A stretch of DNA of 64,000 bases from Candidatus Enterousia sp. (GTDB lineage Bacteria; Pseudomonadota; Alphaproteobacteria; Rs-D84). The position numbers were made by a program, and so were the translations under genes. The notes below the pieces were generated by a model. That model searched no databases. It was not told where the DNA came from and was given only the letters and a program-made list of their open reading frames with translations. The stretch lies in assembly GCA_045645725.1 (NCBI GenBank), contig JAZRJG010000021.1, positions 965-64,964 on the forward strand. Direction: 5' to 3'. Within the stretch, counting starts at the first letter, position 1; each line of letters begins with the position of its first letter. Positions 46,829 through 55,180 of the stretch are shown piece after piece.

Positions 46829-47932
46829 ATGAAAAAATTATTAACAGTATCGTTGGTTGCGGTTATGGCTGTATCCGCTGCTCACGCGGAAATCGCATCT
46901 ACAAATTATGTAGGAAAACAAATTGCAGCTTTTAATACTGAAACAATAGTCCCATTGGATGCCAAAGTTGGTAATGCTCAATTTGCAAATGGTGTAGCTG
47001 CCTCTCATAAAGGTAATGTGACTGATGCTATCGATGCAGTTGCAGGTGTTGTTGCGGGATTGAGTGGTGATGGTGACGGTTCTGTTGCAAAGCAGATTGC
47101 AGCTGCCAAGGAGGAATTGGAAGGATATGCAGATGAAGCTGCTGGTAAAGCATTGGATGATGCAAAAGCAGATGCGGCAAAATATATTGATGAAGATGAA
47201 TTGACAGCATCTCAAGAAGCGCAAGACGCAGTTTTGAAAGCTTATACTGATACTGCTGCAAAGGCGGATGCTGAAGGTGCATTGGCTAGCGGTTTTGTAA
47301 AAACTTACGTTGATAAATCTGTTGCCACAATCCAAGGAAATTTAGGTGATCAATCTACAACTATTTCTCAAATCGCCACTTTTGATAAAGATGGCAATTT
47401 GACTGGTGGTGCTTTGGGAGCAGTTGCTACTACTTTAGATACAGCGGTTGAGTTGGATGATGCAGGCAATTTGACTGGTGGTGCAACAAAAGCGTATACA
47501 GATGATGAAATTCAGAAATTGGATGGTAAAACAGTTGCTGGTACTGCAGATGGAAGCTATGTCGTTCAAACAACAGAAGAAAGTGGTATCGTAACTGTAT
47601 CCCGTGTGGCATTTGATAAATCGGTTACATCAGCGGGCACAGACAATACTGCACCAACAACCAAAGCGGTATATGCTGCTATTGAAGGCGCAAAATCGGC
47701 GAATACTGATGCTATTAATGATTTGGATGCAAACAAAGCAGTTACTGGTAATAACTTTGTAACTGGCGTGACCCAGGTAGATGGTGTTATAACTGCAATT
47801 TCTGAAAAATCTATCAATGATGCTGTAGTTGCCTTGGCAACTGTTCCAGAAAAATGCGGTGCTAATGGAACTAACAAATGTTCTTTGTCTGTTTCAAAAG
47901 GCACATTTACATGGGAAATTATCGAAGAATAA
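46829..47932 (+). CDS. secreted Ala/Asp-rich surface protein S5 (367 aa)
   Basis: The RBS is GAAAGGAAAGAAAAATG. The signal peptide is MKKLLTVSLVAVMAVSAAHA. The N-terminus is EIASTNYVGKQI. The motif TAPTTKAVYAAIEGAKS is tail-fibre-like. The C-terminal is ...KCSLSVSKGTFTWEIIEE. Confidence 0.6.
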   Translation: MKKLLTVSLVAVMAVSAAHAEIASTNYVGKQIAAFNTETIVPLDAKVGNAQFANGVAASHKGNVTDAIDAVAGVVAGLSGDGDGSVAKQIAAAKEELEGYADEAAGKALDDAKADAAKYIDEDELTASQEAQDAVLKAYTDTAAKADAEGALASGFVKTYVDKSVATIQGNLGDQSTTISQIATFDKDGNLTGGALGAVATTLDTAVELDDAGNLTGGATKAYTDDEIQKLDGKTVAGTADGSYVVQTTEESGIVTVSRVAFDKSVTSAGTDNTAPTTKAVYAAIEGAKSANTDAINDLDANKAVTGNNFVTGVTQVDGVITAISEKSINDAVVALATVPEKCGANGTNKCSLSVSKGTFTWEIIEE

Positions 47933-47954
47933 TTTGATTAATTACCATAAAGTA

Positions 47955-47987
47955 AAAAGGGCGGGGGATACCCCGCCTTTTTTTGCA
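47955..47987 (+). terminator. rho-independent terminator after S5
   Basis: The stem is aaagggcgggg/ccccgccttt with loop gata, followed by a T8 run. Confidence 0.75.
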
Positions 47988-48084
47988 TTGTTTTTGTGGG
48001 GGCAACAGTTCCCCGCCGTTGGAGTGCTGCCCGCAGGGCGGGGTGGTTAGAGTGTCCGAGAAATCGCCGTAAACCCCACATACT

Positions 48085-48752
48085 CCGTCACCCCGATGGC
48101 GATCGGGGTCCATTGCGTTTCTGTGCGAATAAAAAGGAAGACAGACACAATGGATACCGACCTGCGTCGGTATGACGAGTGGTGTGTAATTCCGCGAATA
48201 AAAAAGGAATAGATTACACAATGGGCCCCGATCGCCATCGGGGTGACGGTGTTGGTCTGTGTTGGGTTTGATTACTTTGGTCGTGGTGCGGTTTGGATTA
48301 TTTGCACGATTACACAATGGATACCGACCTGCGTCGGTATGACGTGTACTATATTATGCTGTATCCGGATTCTGTTAGTATGTCGTTATACAGGTCACGC
48401 CATTTTGGATTAAATTCTATTATTAATTTTAATTTCCATGTGCGATGCCAATTTTTTAACTCTCTTTCGCGCATAACCATATTTTTTATACTGTTATGCC
48501 ATTCGTAATATACTAATTTGTCTATGTTGTATTTGGATGTAAACCCCGGTATTTCATGGTGTTTATGTTGCCATATTCGGCCAATCAGATCAGTGGTGGA
48601 CCCAATATACAATGTGCCCATTTGTTTGTTACATAAGATATAGACCCAGCCGCCGGTTTTCATGATGATTTGATTCTATTCGTTTTATTTTTATCTGCAA
48701 GGTAAAAGTTGCGCCATTACACAATGGGCCCCGATCGCCATCGGGGTGACGG
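48085..48752. mobile_element. putative miniature selfish element: a GIY-YIG gene flanked by 31-bp inverted GC-rich palindromic repeats
   Basis: IR-L at 48085-48115 (ccgtcaccccgatggcgatcggggtccattg) is the reverse complement of IR-R at 48722-48752 (caatgggccccgatcgccatcggggtgacgg), with 1 mismatch. An internal copy lies at 48219-48249. A second direct hairpin repeat acacaatggataccgacctgcgtcggtatgacg lies at 48145-48177 and 48312-48343. The region is locally GC-rich relative to its surroundings. Confidence 0.5.
48349..48663 (-). CDS. GIY-YIG nuclease family protein (104 aa)
   Basis: The block GWVYILCNKQMGTLYIGSTTDLIGRIWQHKH...R.ELKNWHRTWKLKLIE matches the short stand-alone GIY-YIG (UPF0213-like) pattern. 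Confidence 0.75.
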   Translation of the reverse strand: MKTGGWVYILCNKQMGTLYIGSTTDLIGRIWQHKHHEIPGFTSKYNIDKLVYYEWHNSIKNMVMRERELKNWHRTWKLKLIIEFNPKWRDLYNDILTESGYSII

Positions 48753-48758
48753 GATTTT

Positions 48759-50348
48759 TTACACAAATTTTTCCGGTACTAAATTACATATGTTTTTCCA
48801 TATACGGCGAAATACGCCGGTGTCGGGGGCGTGTTTGTGAACCCGTGGTTTGGTGTCGCCTGTGCGTGTGCCCGTCCATATCGGGTTGCCATTTGAATCC
48901 AATGTGACATGCCATGATGTTTTGGTGTCTTTGATTATCATGTCGCGTAATTTGTTCGCAAATTCGTGGCTTTCAAATATCGCAACGTTTTCCGTGTTAT
49001 AGTATGCACTGCGTGGGTCCAAATTAAAACTGCCTATCCATGAAATATCGTCGTCGAATACCATGGTTTTGCTGTGCAGGACGGAAAAACTGGATTGCTT
49101 ACGTTCGCGGTCGTGGGTTTTGCCGCGCAGGTTTTCCGCAGATGTCATAAATTCATATACGTCTGCGCCGGATTCGATTAATTTGCGACGGTATTTTTCC
49201 CATTTGGCATATACCGTGGGCGCGTTTGTTGATGATAATGAATTTGTCACAATGGTCATGTGTACGCCGGAATTTTCTTCGCGCAGCATGTGTTCCAAAC
49301 CGACTTGGCCCGGAACAAAATATGCCGCAGACATATATACCGATTTCGTAGTTTCGTTCCACAGGTGTTGCAGTGCACGGACGATTTCGCCACGATATGA
49401 TTCTTTTTTGGCCATGGACATTTCTACTTTCTGGGGTGGGTCGGCCAAGAATTTTCCGTGACCCCATGAAAAATCAAACTTACGCTGCTTGTAATCACGT
49501 TGCGCCATTGATATGACCGTGTTGTATCGGCGGACGTCCGCAGTGCTGTCTAATTCAAGTTTATTAAATGTGCGTTCCAATTTCTTCATCGCGGATTTCG
49601 ATTTTGCTTTTGGAAATACAGATGCGGGTATTGATAAATGATGATTCCAATATTCGTTAAAACTATCCGTGGCATAGTGCGTCATGTCGCCGATGAATAA
49701 TACGTCCGTGTCCGAAAAGTTCGATGCAGTTTCGGGATAGAAATAATTACTGCCTACGTTGCGACCGCCGGTGATGTATGCAATGTTGTCAACAATAAAT
49801 AATTTATTGTGCATGCGTGAGTTTAGCCGGTTAAAGTCCGCCAAAATTTGTGGGTAGTATAATATCTTTGTCCGGTTGGCGACCGTGTTGAAAACTTTGA
49901 CCTCTATATTCGGGTGTTGGTTTAACAGTATGACGTCGGCAATGTCCGATTTTGTGCCGTAATCGTCCAACAGTATGCGGATTTTGACCCCGCGGTCGGC
50001 GGCATTTTTTAATTCGCCAATTAATACGCGGGATGTGAAATCGTTACTGTATATATATGTTTGCAGGTCGATGGTTTTGGTCGCCATGCGCGCAAATGCA
50101 GAACGAATAATAAATGCAGACAGTCCATCTTCGATTAAAGTTGCCCCCGATGCGTCCGGTGACGCGGTTAATTCGTCCAAATAATATGATGCAATCGGTG
50201 TGGAATATGGGTCGTAATTAAAATCAGATTGGGTGACTTTTGGTGAATATTTTTCCAAACGTTCGTCGTGTGTCGATGTCGGCACAGTTGTGCAGCCCAT
50301 TAATGGTAATGTCAATAGCCAAACAGATACTTTGCGCAACAGTGACAC
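48759..50348 (-). CDS. phospholipase D family lipoprotein (two HKD motifs; cardiolipin synthase/PLD-like)
   Basis: The start is GTG, preceded by AGGGA. The lipobox is LPLMGC. HKD1 is HNKLFIVDN. HKD2 is LHSKTMVFDDD. The product is 529 aa. Confidence 0.75.
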   Translation of the reverse strand: MSLLRKVSVWLLTLPLMGCTTVPTSTHDERLEKYSPKVTQSDFNYDPYSTPIASYYLDELTASPDASGATLIEDGLSAFIIRSAFARMATKTIDLQTYIYSNDFTSRVLIGELKNAADRGVKIRILLDDYGTKSDIADVILLNQHPNIEVKVFNTVANRTKILYYPQILADFNRLNSRMHNKLFIVDNIAYITGGRNVGSNYFYPETASNFSDTDVLFIGDMTHYATDSFNEYWNHHLSIPASVFPKAKSKSAMKKLERTFNKLELDSTADVRRYNTVISMAQRDYKQRKFDFSWGHGKFLADPPQKVEMSMAKKESYRGEIVRALQHLWNETTKSVYMSAAYFVPGQVGLEHMLREENSGVHMTIVTNSLSSTNAPTVYAKWEKYRRKLIESGADVYEFMTSAENLRGKTHDRERKQSSFSVLHSKTMVFDDDISWIGSFNLDPRSAYYNTENVAIFESHEFANKLRDMIIKDTKTSWHVTLDSNGNPIWTGTRTGDTKPRVHKHAPDTGVFRRIWKNICNLVPEKFV

Positions 50349-50521
50349 TTTTTATGTTCCCTTTGATTTTTTACGTGTGCAATTATAGGCCCATGATATC
50401 ACATGTGCAATAAAAAATCATTATATTTTTTAATGAATTAGGAAAACGTACCTGTAAATTAAGCGTATGGGAAAAAATACTTGTAAATCAGGCGTCTGTA
50501 TCGCGGTTGTGTGTTTTTTGT

Positions 50522-50550
50522 TTGATTGAAGTGTTGAAATATGATATTAT
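50522..50550 (+). promoter_or_regulatory. sigma70-like promoter upstream of the Cys-rich secreted protein gene
   Basis: The -35 is TTGATT, the spacer is 17 bp and the -10 is TATTAT. It lies about 27 nt upstream of the ATG at 50577. Confidence 0.45.
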
Positions 50551-50576
50551 GTGCATAATAGAAGGGAAGTTTTGCA

Positions 50577-52679
50577 ATGAAAAGATTTGTCGCAGTATTG
50601 GGTGCAGTGTTGGCTTTGCCCGCGTTTGCCGAGGTAATGCCTGTTTTCTACGAAGAAGAAATCGTAGAAGTAGAAGCACCAGAGACCGCAGAAGATGTTG
50701 TCGCAGATGAAAAAAATCAACCCGTTGTTCCGGTAACCCAACCGTCGCGTGTGAATCCGCGTTCGGGTAATGTTGCGCAACGTGTGGCGGGGCGTACATC
50801 TGGGAATACGCGTGCAACACGTTCAACGACCGGTGCGGGTGTACGTGCGCGTACCGTGGCGCAGCCGGTTGCGACGGAAAGTCGTGGTGTGGCCAAAACA
50901 CGTGCGGCAAGCGTACGTCCATCACGCGCAGCGTCCGGAAAAAATACAAATCAAATTGCAACAACACGTCGCGCTATGCAGGCGGATAATCAAAAAGGTG
51001 TTCAAGCACGTGCGTCAATCGTTACGTCCGATACAGTTAATAAACCATTGTATAATGGTCGTGTCGGTACGCGTGTGTCATCTGTGCGTGCACGTATACC
51101 ATCTGTGACCGGATTGGTGTCGGGTGGGACGGCGACGTCGGCGACCACTGCGGCCGATGCAGTGGCGGAAATGGACGAATTGTCACAAATGACAGATTAT
51201 TGCAAAGCGCAATATACGTCTTGTATGGATAATTTCTGTAATGTGTTGGATGATAACCAAGGACGCTGCAGTTGTTCGAAAAATATTAAAAATTATTTAA
51301 GTGTTGAAAATGCTTTGAAAGAGGCGACCGAAGAATTACAGGATGTCGCACAGCAAATTCAATATATTGGTTTGTCTGCAGATGATATAGAAACACTGTT
51401 CACACAAACAGAAGCAGAATTGAAAATGACCGAAGTTGGGGAAGACAGTACCACTTTGGCAACCGATTTGGATAATATTAAAAAACTGTTGTTAGAACCA
51501 AAAGAAATCAAAGCAAGTGCTGTATTGGATTCTTCAAGTTCGGATGTAATGGGATTGTTGGATATTAATACTATCTTTACCGGAAATACAAATGTTGGTG
51601 CAAATTGGCTGTTCAATTTTGGTTCGGATAATAATGCCGAAGCGTCCAGTATCAATAACCAACGTGGGGAAGCGTTATATAATATCGCGAAAAAACGTTG
51701 TACTGCGGCGGTTTTGGATACTTGCGCAGGTCAAGGTGTAAATACAGCGGTTGTATCAAATGCGTATGATATGGAAATCGATAAACAATGCGTTGCATAT
51801 GAACGTAGCTTGAAAGACGCAAACGATGCAATGAACAACACGGTTCGCAATGCAAAGAACGTTTTGCAACGTGCACGTTTGTTGGTGCGTCAACAGAAAA
51901 ATTCATATGATTTGCGTGGTTGCGTCAGTGCTTTGGATGCATGTATGCAGGATGAATTTGTCTGTGGGGCGGATTATGAAAACTGTTTGGATCCATCCGG
52001 TAAATATATCGTAAATGGTGCAATTGTTGTTGGTTCAACACCGGGGCAGTGGATCGATGGGTCGACCGAAACCGACAAATTGCAACCGGGGTACACATAT
52101 GATACGAATACATTGCATGCGACTTGGAATTATACCGTAGATAATACGGATCATAATGCGTGGATGCCAACTGTGGATACAACAGGTGGGGATAAATATG
52201 TTCCAACATTGGCAAAGTATATAGATGCGACAATGGCTAAGGAAGGCGCGTACCCAGAAAAACCGGGTGATACTATGTCGTCTTATCTGCAATACAGAAT
52301 TGGTTACCACAATAATGAAGATGGACGTAACTATGGTATGTGTATGTCTGTGTTGAACAAGTGTCAGGACGTTACATATACGGGTGATGATGGTGCGTAT
52401 AACCCAGATAATCCGGTTGTGCGTGAATATCTGCAACGTACTTTGACCCAGATTAAGGTGCGTCAGGATGAAATTATGGCAAGTTATGCCGAAAATTGTA
52501 TCCCAGAGGTGTCATCATGTCTGTCCCAGAATAATTACAGCGTGACAGCGAATATCGCAATTAATGCATGCCGTCAACAGATTGTGACATGTATGTCGAT
52601 TAATGGTCATGCGGCAGGAACACCGGCGCCAAAGGCGATTTCAGATTGGGTTGAAAGTATTACAAGTACTGTAAATTAA
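50577..52679 (+). CDS. large secreted Cys-rich protein (700 aa), hypothetical
   Basis: The signal peptide is MKRFVAVLGAVLALPAFA. An acidic EEEIVEVEAPETAEDVV stretch is followed by a ~130-aa Arg/Thr/Ser-rich repeat region (RVAGRTSGNTRATRSTTGAGVRARTVAQPV...). The C-terminal ~450-aa region carries about 24 Cys (CKAQYTSCMDNFC...CSCSKN...). Confidence 0.55.
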   Translation: MKRFVAVLGAVLALPAFAEVMPVFYEEEIVEVEAPETAEDVVADEKNQPVVPVTQPSRVNPRSGNVAQRVAGRTSGNTRATRSTTGAGVRARTVAQPVATESRGVAKTRAASVRPSRAASGKNTNQIATTRRAMQADNQKGVQARASIVTSDTVNKPLYNGRVGTRVSSVRARIPSVTGLVSGGTATSATTAADAVAEMDELSQMTDYCKAQYTSCMDNFCNVLDDNQGRCSCSKNIKNYLSVENALKEATEELQDVAQQIQYIGLSADDIETLFTQTEAELKMTEVGEDSTTLATDLDNIKKLLLEPKEIKASAVLDSSSSDVMGLLDINTIFTGNTNVGANWLFNFGSDNNAEASSINNQRGEALYNIAKKRCTAAVLDTCAGQGVNTAVVSNAYDMEIDKQCVAYERSLKDANDAMNNTVRNAKNVLQRARLLVRQQKNSYDLRGCVSALDACMQDEFVCGADYENCLDPSGKYIVNGAIVVGSTPGQWIDGSTETDKLQPGYTYDTNTLHATWNYTVDNTDHNAWMPTVDTTGGDKYVPTLAKYIDATMAKEGAYPEKPGDTMSSYLQYRIGYHNNEDGRNYGMCMSVLNKCQDVTYTGDDGAYNPDNPVVREYLQRTLTQIKVRQDEIMASYAENCIPEVSSCLSQNNYSVTANIAINACRQQIVTCMSINGHAAGTPAPKAISDWVESITSTVN

Positions 52680-52681
52680 TA

Positions 52682-52708
52682 AAAAAGTCCCCGAACGGGG
52701 ACTTTTTT
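52682..52708 (+). terminator. rho-independent terminator
   Basis: The stem is aaaagtcccc/ggggactttt with loop gaac, followed by a T6 run. Confidence 0.75.
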
Positions 52709-52792
52709 AATAGACATAATTTTTTGTTTTTGTTATCTTTGGCACAAGGAAAGAGGGCAAATTACAGATTTGTAACGGAGATTTCGCGCATT

Positions 52793-53509
52793 ATGCAGGT
52801 TTTCTATAGGTTTGTTTTTATTTCAGGTGTTTTATGCGTAATGATGCGGTCTGCCGTGGCGGGGGTGGTGGAAACACCGACTTTGATGGGTGGAAATTCG
52901 CCTGCAACGATTGCTTCGGTAAAAGCAGGTTCTATTGTAAATGATGGTTCGGGGACTGCGGCGGGTGATGTGTATGATTGGACGATGTGGGAAGGTTATA
53001 AAACGTCCGGTATTGCCAGTGTTGCTTATGTGAACCGTGCGGTTGATGCGGCGGGTAATGCCGCGCAGTGGGCGGAGAATCATGCGGCTTTGGCGGCGGA
53101 TATTGCCACACAGGCCAAAAATGTGGCAAGCAGTGCGCAAAGTGTCGCCAACAGTGCGCAAAATACGGCGTCGGCGGCCAAAGCGGCTGTGGATGCGATT
53201 GTTGTTCCGACGGTTAATAATTCCGTATTAAAAATACAAAAAAATGGCACAACGGTTGCGGAATTTTCTGCGAATTCTGCCAATGCCGTATCGGCGAATA
53301 TTATTTTGGGCGCTTTGGCGGATTTGAATACTGTATCAACGGGTCAGATTGCGGATTCGTCTGTGACGTCGGCCAAGTTGGCCAGTGGTGCGGTTGCAAC
53401 GGCAAATATTGCAAATGGTGCAGTTACGGCGGCAAAAACATCGGGTGTATATGGCTATTTGCCGGCGGGCAGTGATAAGTCCGGTGTGGCAGAAATTTGG
53501 GTTGAATAA
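52793..53509 (+). CDS. secreted surface protein S7 (238 aa), member of the S1-S5 family
   Basis: The signal peptide is MQVFYRFVFISGVLCVMMRSAVAGV. An Ala-rich helical region is present. The decapeptide repeats are QIADSSVTSAKLASGAVATANIANGAVTAAKTSG. The C-terminal is ...GVAEIWVE. Confidence 0.55.
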   Translation: MQVFYRFVFISGVLCVMMRSAVAGVVETPTLMGGNSPATIASVKAGSIVNDGSGTAAGDVYDWTMWEGYKTSGIASVAYVNRAVDAAGNAAQWAENHAALAADIATQAKNVASSAQSVANSAQNTASAAKAAVDAIVVPTVNNSVLKIQKNGTTVAEFSANSANAVSANIILGALADLNTVSTGQIADSSVTSAKLASGAVATANIANGAVTAAKTSGVYGYLPAGSDKSGVAEIWVE

Positions 53510-53515
53510 AAAAAT

Positions 53516-53540
53516 ACCGCCGTTTGGCGGTGTTGTTTAT
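53516..53540. terminator. bidirectional terminator between S7 and the DedA gene
   Basis: The stem is accgcc/ggcggt with loop gttt, followed by gttgtttatt. Confidence 0.55.
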
Positions 53541-54115
53541 TAAAACAATCCAATTAATCCAATTCCCAATCCGGCCGCCACGATTGCGGCAATTGTTAAT
53601 GGCCAGAAATATTTTTTTACAATTGCGTTTGCGCGTTCTTGGAAAAAGTACAGCAGGGCTGCAATGGTTGCAAAGCGACCTGTGCGGAATATGGCCGATA
53701 CCGCCAAGAATAACCATATTGGATATCCGATAAAGCCCAGCCATATTGCCAACAGTTTATATGGTATTGGGGTTACCGCGGTCAGGACAATAATTAATAT
53801 CCCGTATTTTGTAAACATTGGTTCGATTGTGGTTTCAATTAATTCGCGACTGGAAAACGTGTCAATCAACCACAGGCCAACCGAATCGTACAGCCACATA
53901 CCAATCATATATGCAATTGCGCCACCGACGATTGAACCCAATGCGGCGGCAATGGTGATTGGTATGGCACGCTTTTTATTTGCGATAATCGGTGGTGTCA
54001 TAAAAACTTCGGGTGGGATGAATAAAAATATCGATTCGCATATCGTTAATAAAAATACAATCCATGAATATGCACGTGATTCAGATTTGTTAAGAATGTA
54101 TTCAGAAAACTTCAT
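53540..54115 (-). CDS. DedA/VTT-domain family inner membrane protein
   Basis: The 191-aa product is polytopic. The blocks are ...LFIPPEVFMTPP...GSIVGGAIAYMIGMW...YGILIIVLTAVTPIPYKLLAIWLGF... Confidence 0.6.
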   Translation of the reverse strand: MKFSEYILNKSESRAYSWIVFLLTICESIFLFIPPEVFMTPPIIANKKRAIPITIAAALGSIVGGAIAYMIGMWLYDSVGLWLIDTFSSRELIETTIEPMFTKYGILIIVLTAVTPIPYKLLAIWLGFIGYPIWLFLAVSAIFRTGRFATIAALLYFFQERANAIVKKYFWPLTIAAIVAAGLGIGLIGLF

Positions 54116-54199
54116 TTTTCCCCCGTTTTATAAAAAAATTTACTTGATTGTAATTAAATATTTTATATTTTACAATTAGATTAATAAAAAGATTACATA

Positions 54200-54547
54200 A
54201 TGGCAAAAAGACAATTTAATTCAAATCGCGGTGAACGTATCGCATCCAAAGTACAGACATTGGTCGCAGAAATTCTGCGTGATGTGTGGGGTGATGATAA
54301 ATTGGTGTCGGGGGTGTCATTGGTTGGGTCTGTGGCACACGGCGGTTTGCAATTTGTGCGATTGTTCTTTTATTCCAGAAATCCGGATATTGATGCCGTT
54401 CAAAAAAGATTGGATGAAATCACACGTATGGTCCGATTCGAATTGGCGCACAGAATGAATCAAAAATATGTGCCGGATATTAAATTCCAATATGATGATA
54501 CGTTGGAAAAAGCCGAAAAAATCGACGAATTGTTAAGTAATTTATAG
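54200..54547 (+). CDS. rbfA: ribosome-binding factor A
   Basis: The 115-aa product has ...RGERIASKVQTLVAEILRDV... A KH-like core is present. The C-terminal is acidic. Confidence 0.75.
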   Translation: MAKRQFNSNRGERIASKVQTLVAEILRDVWGDDKLVSGVSLVGSVAHGGLQFVRLFFYSRNPDIDAVQKRLDEITRMVRFELAHRMNQKYVPDIKFQYDDTLEKAEKIDELLSNL

Positions 54548-55141
54548 ATGAGACAATTGTATAAATTTTCTGAATCTGAATTGTCTGTGTTAAAAAGGGA
54601 ATTAAAGATATCGGGACAGCCAATTCATAATTTGACAAGAAATTATTATTTCCGTGCGGTTAAATATGCGTTATCTGGGTTTGATGGGACTGTTTTGCGT
54701 CCTGATGTGACGTATGTGAAAAAAATGCAGGGGCAAATGTATCGTAAGGCGCAACGGTATAAATTAAATCCGGATATTTTTATGTCGTATGACGTTTGTG
54801 TCTATAATAAATATACCATAAATTGGGTGGGTGATGCGATTGATAATTTTGGAACTATTAAAAATCCGGACTGTCCAATAGAATTTCAAAAATGGTATGG
54901 TGAATATGCCTATAATGGTGGTCATCCGTTTGAAATTTATCCGTATATCTGCCTGTATGTGCGGCGGCAAAAGGATGGTTTTTATTTGGAATTAGCGAAT
55001 ATGGGTGTTGATAGTGTTTATTATTTAGAAAAAATGTTGAAAATGTTCATTGCGTTACGACATGCACATATTCCTGTTGAGTTGCAAAACAGGGGTTCTT
55101 TTTTGAAATATTGGCAGAATTACAACTTGAAAAATCGTTAA
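54548..55141 (+). CDS. hypothetical protein (197 aa) between rbfA and lepA
   Basis: The ATG lies immediately after the rbfA stop. The protein is Tyr/Trp-rich. It has no TM helix and no motif recognised. truB would be expected at this position but is absent. Confidence 0.45.
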   Translation: MRQLYKFSESELSVLKRELKISGQPIHNLTRNYYFRAVKYALSGFDGTVLRPDVTYVKKMQGQMYRKAQRYKLNPDIFMSYDVCVYNKYTINWVGDAIDNFGTIKNPDCPIEFQKWYGEYAYNGGHPFEIYPYICLYVRRQKDGFYLELANMGVDSVYYLEKMLKMFIALRHAHIPVELQNRGSFLKYWQNYNLKNR

Positions 55142-55180
55142 TACTGGTATATCATTGCCGCATAAACATAGGTGGTTTTG

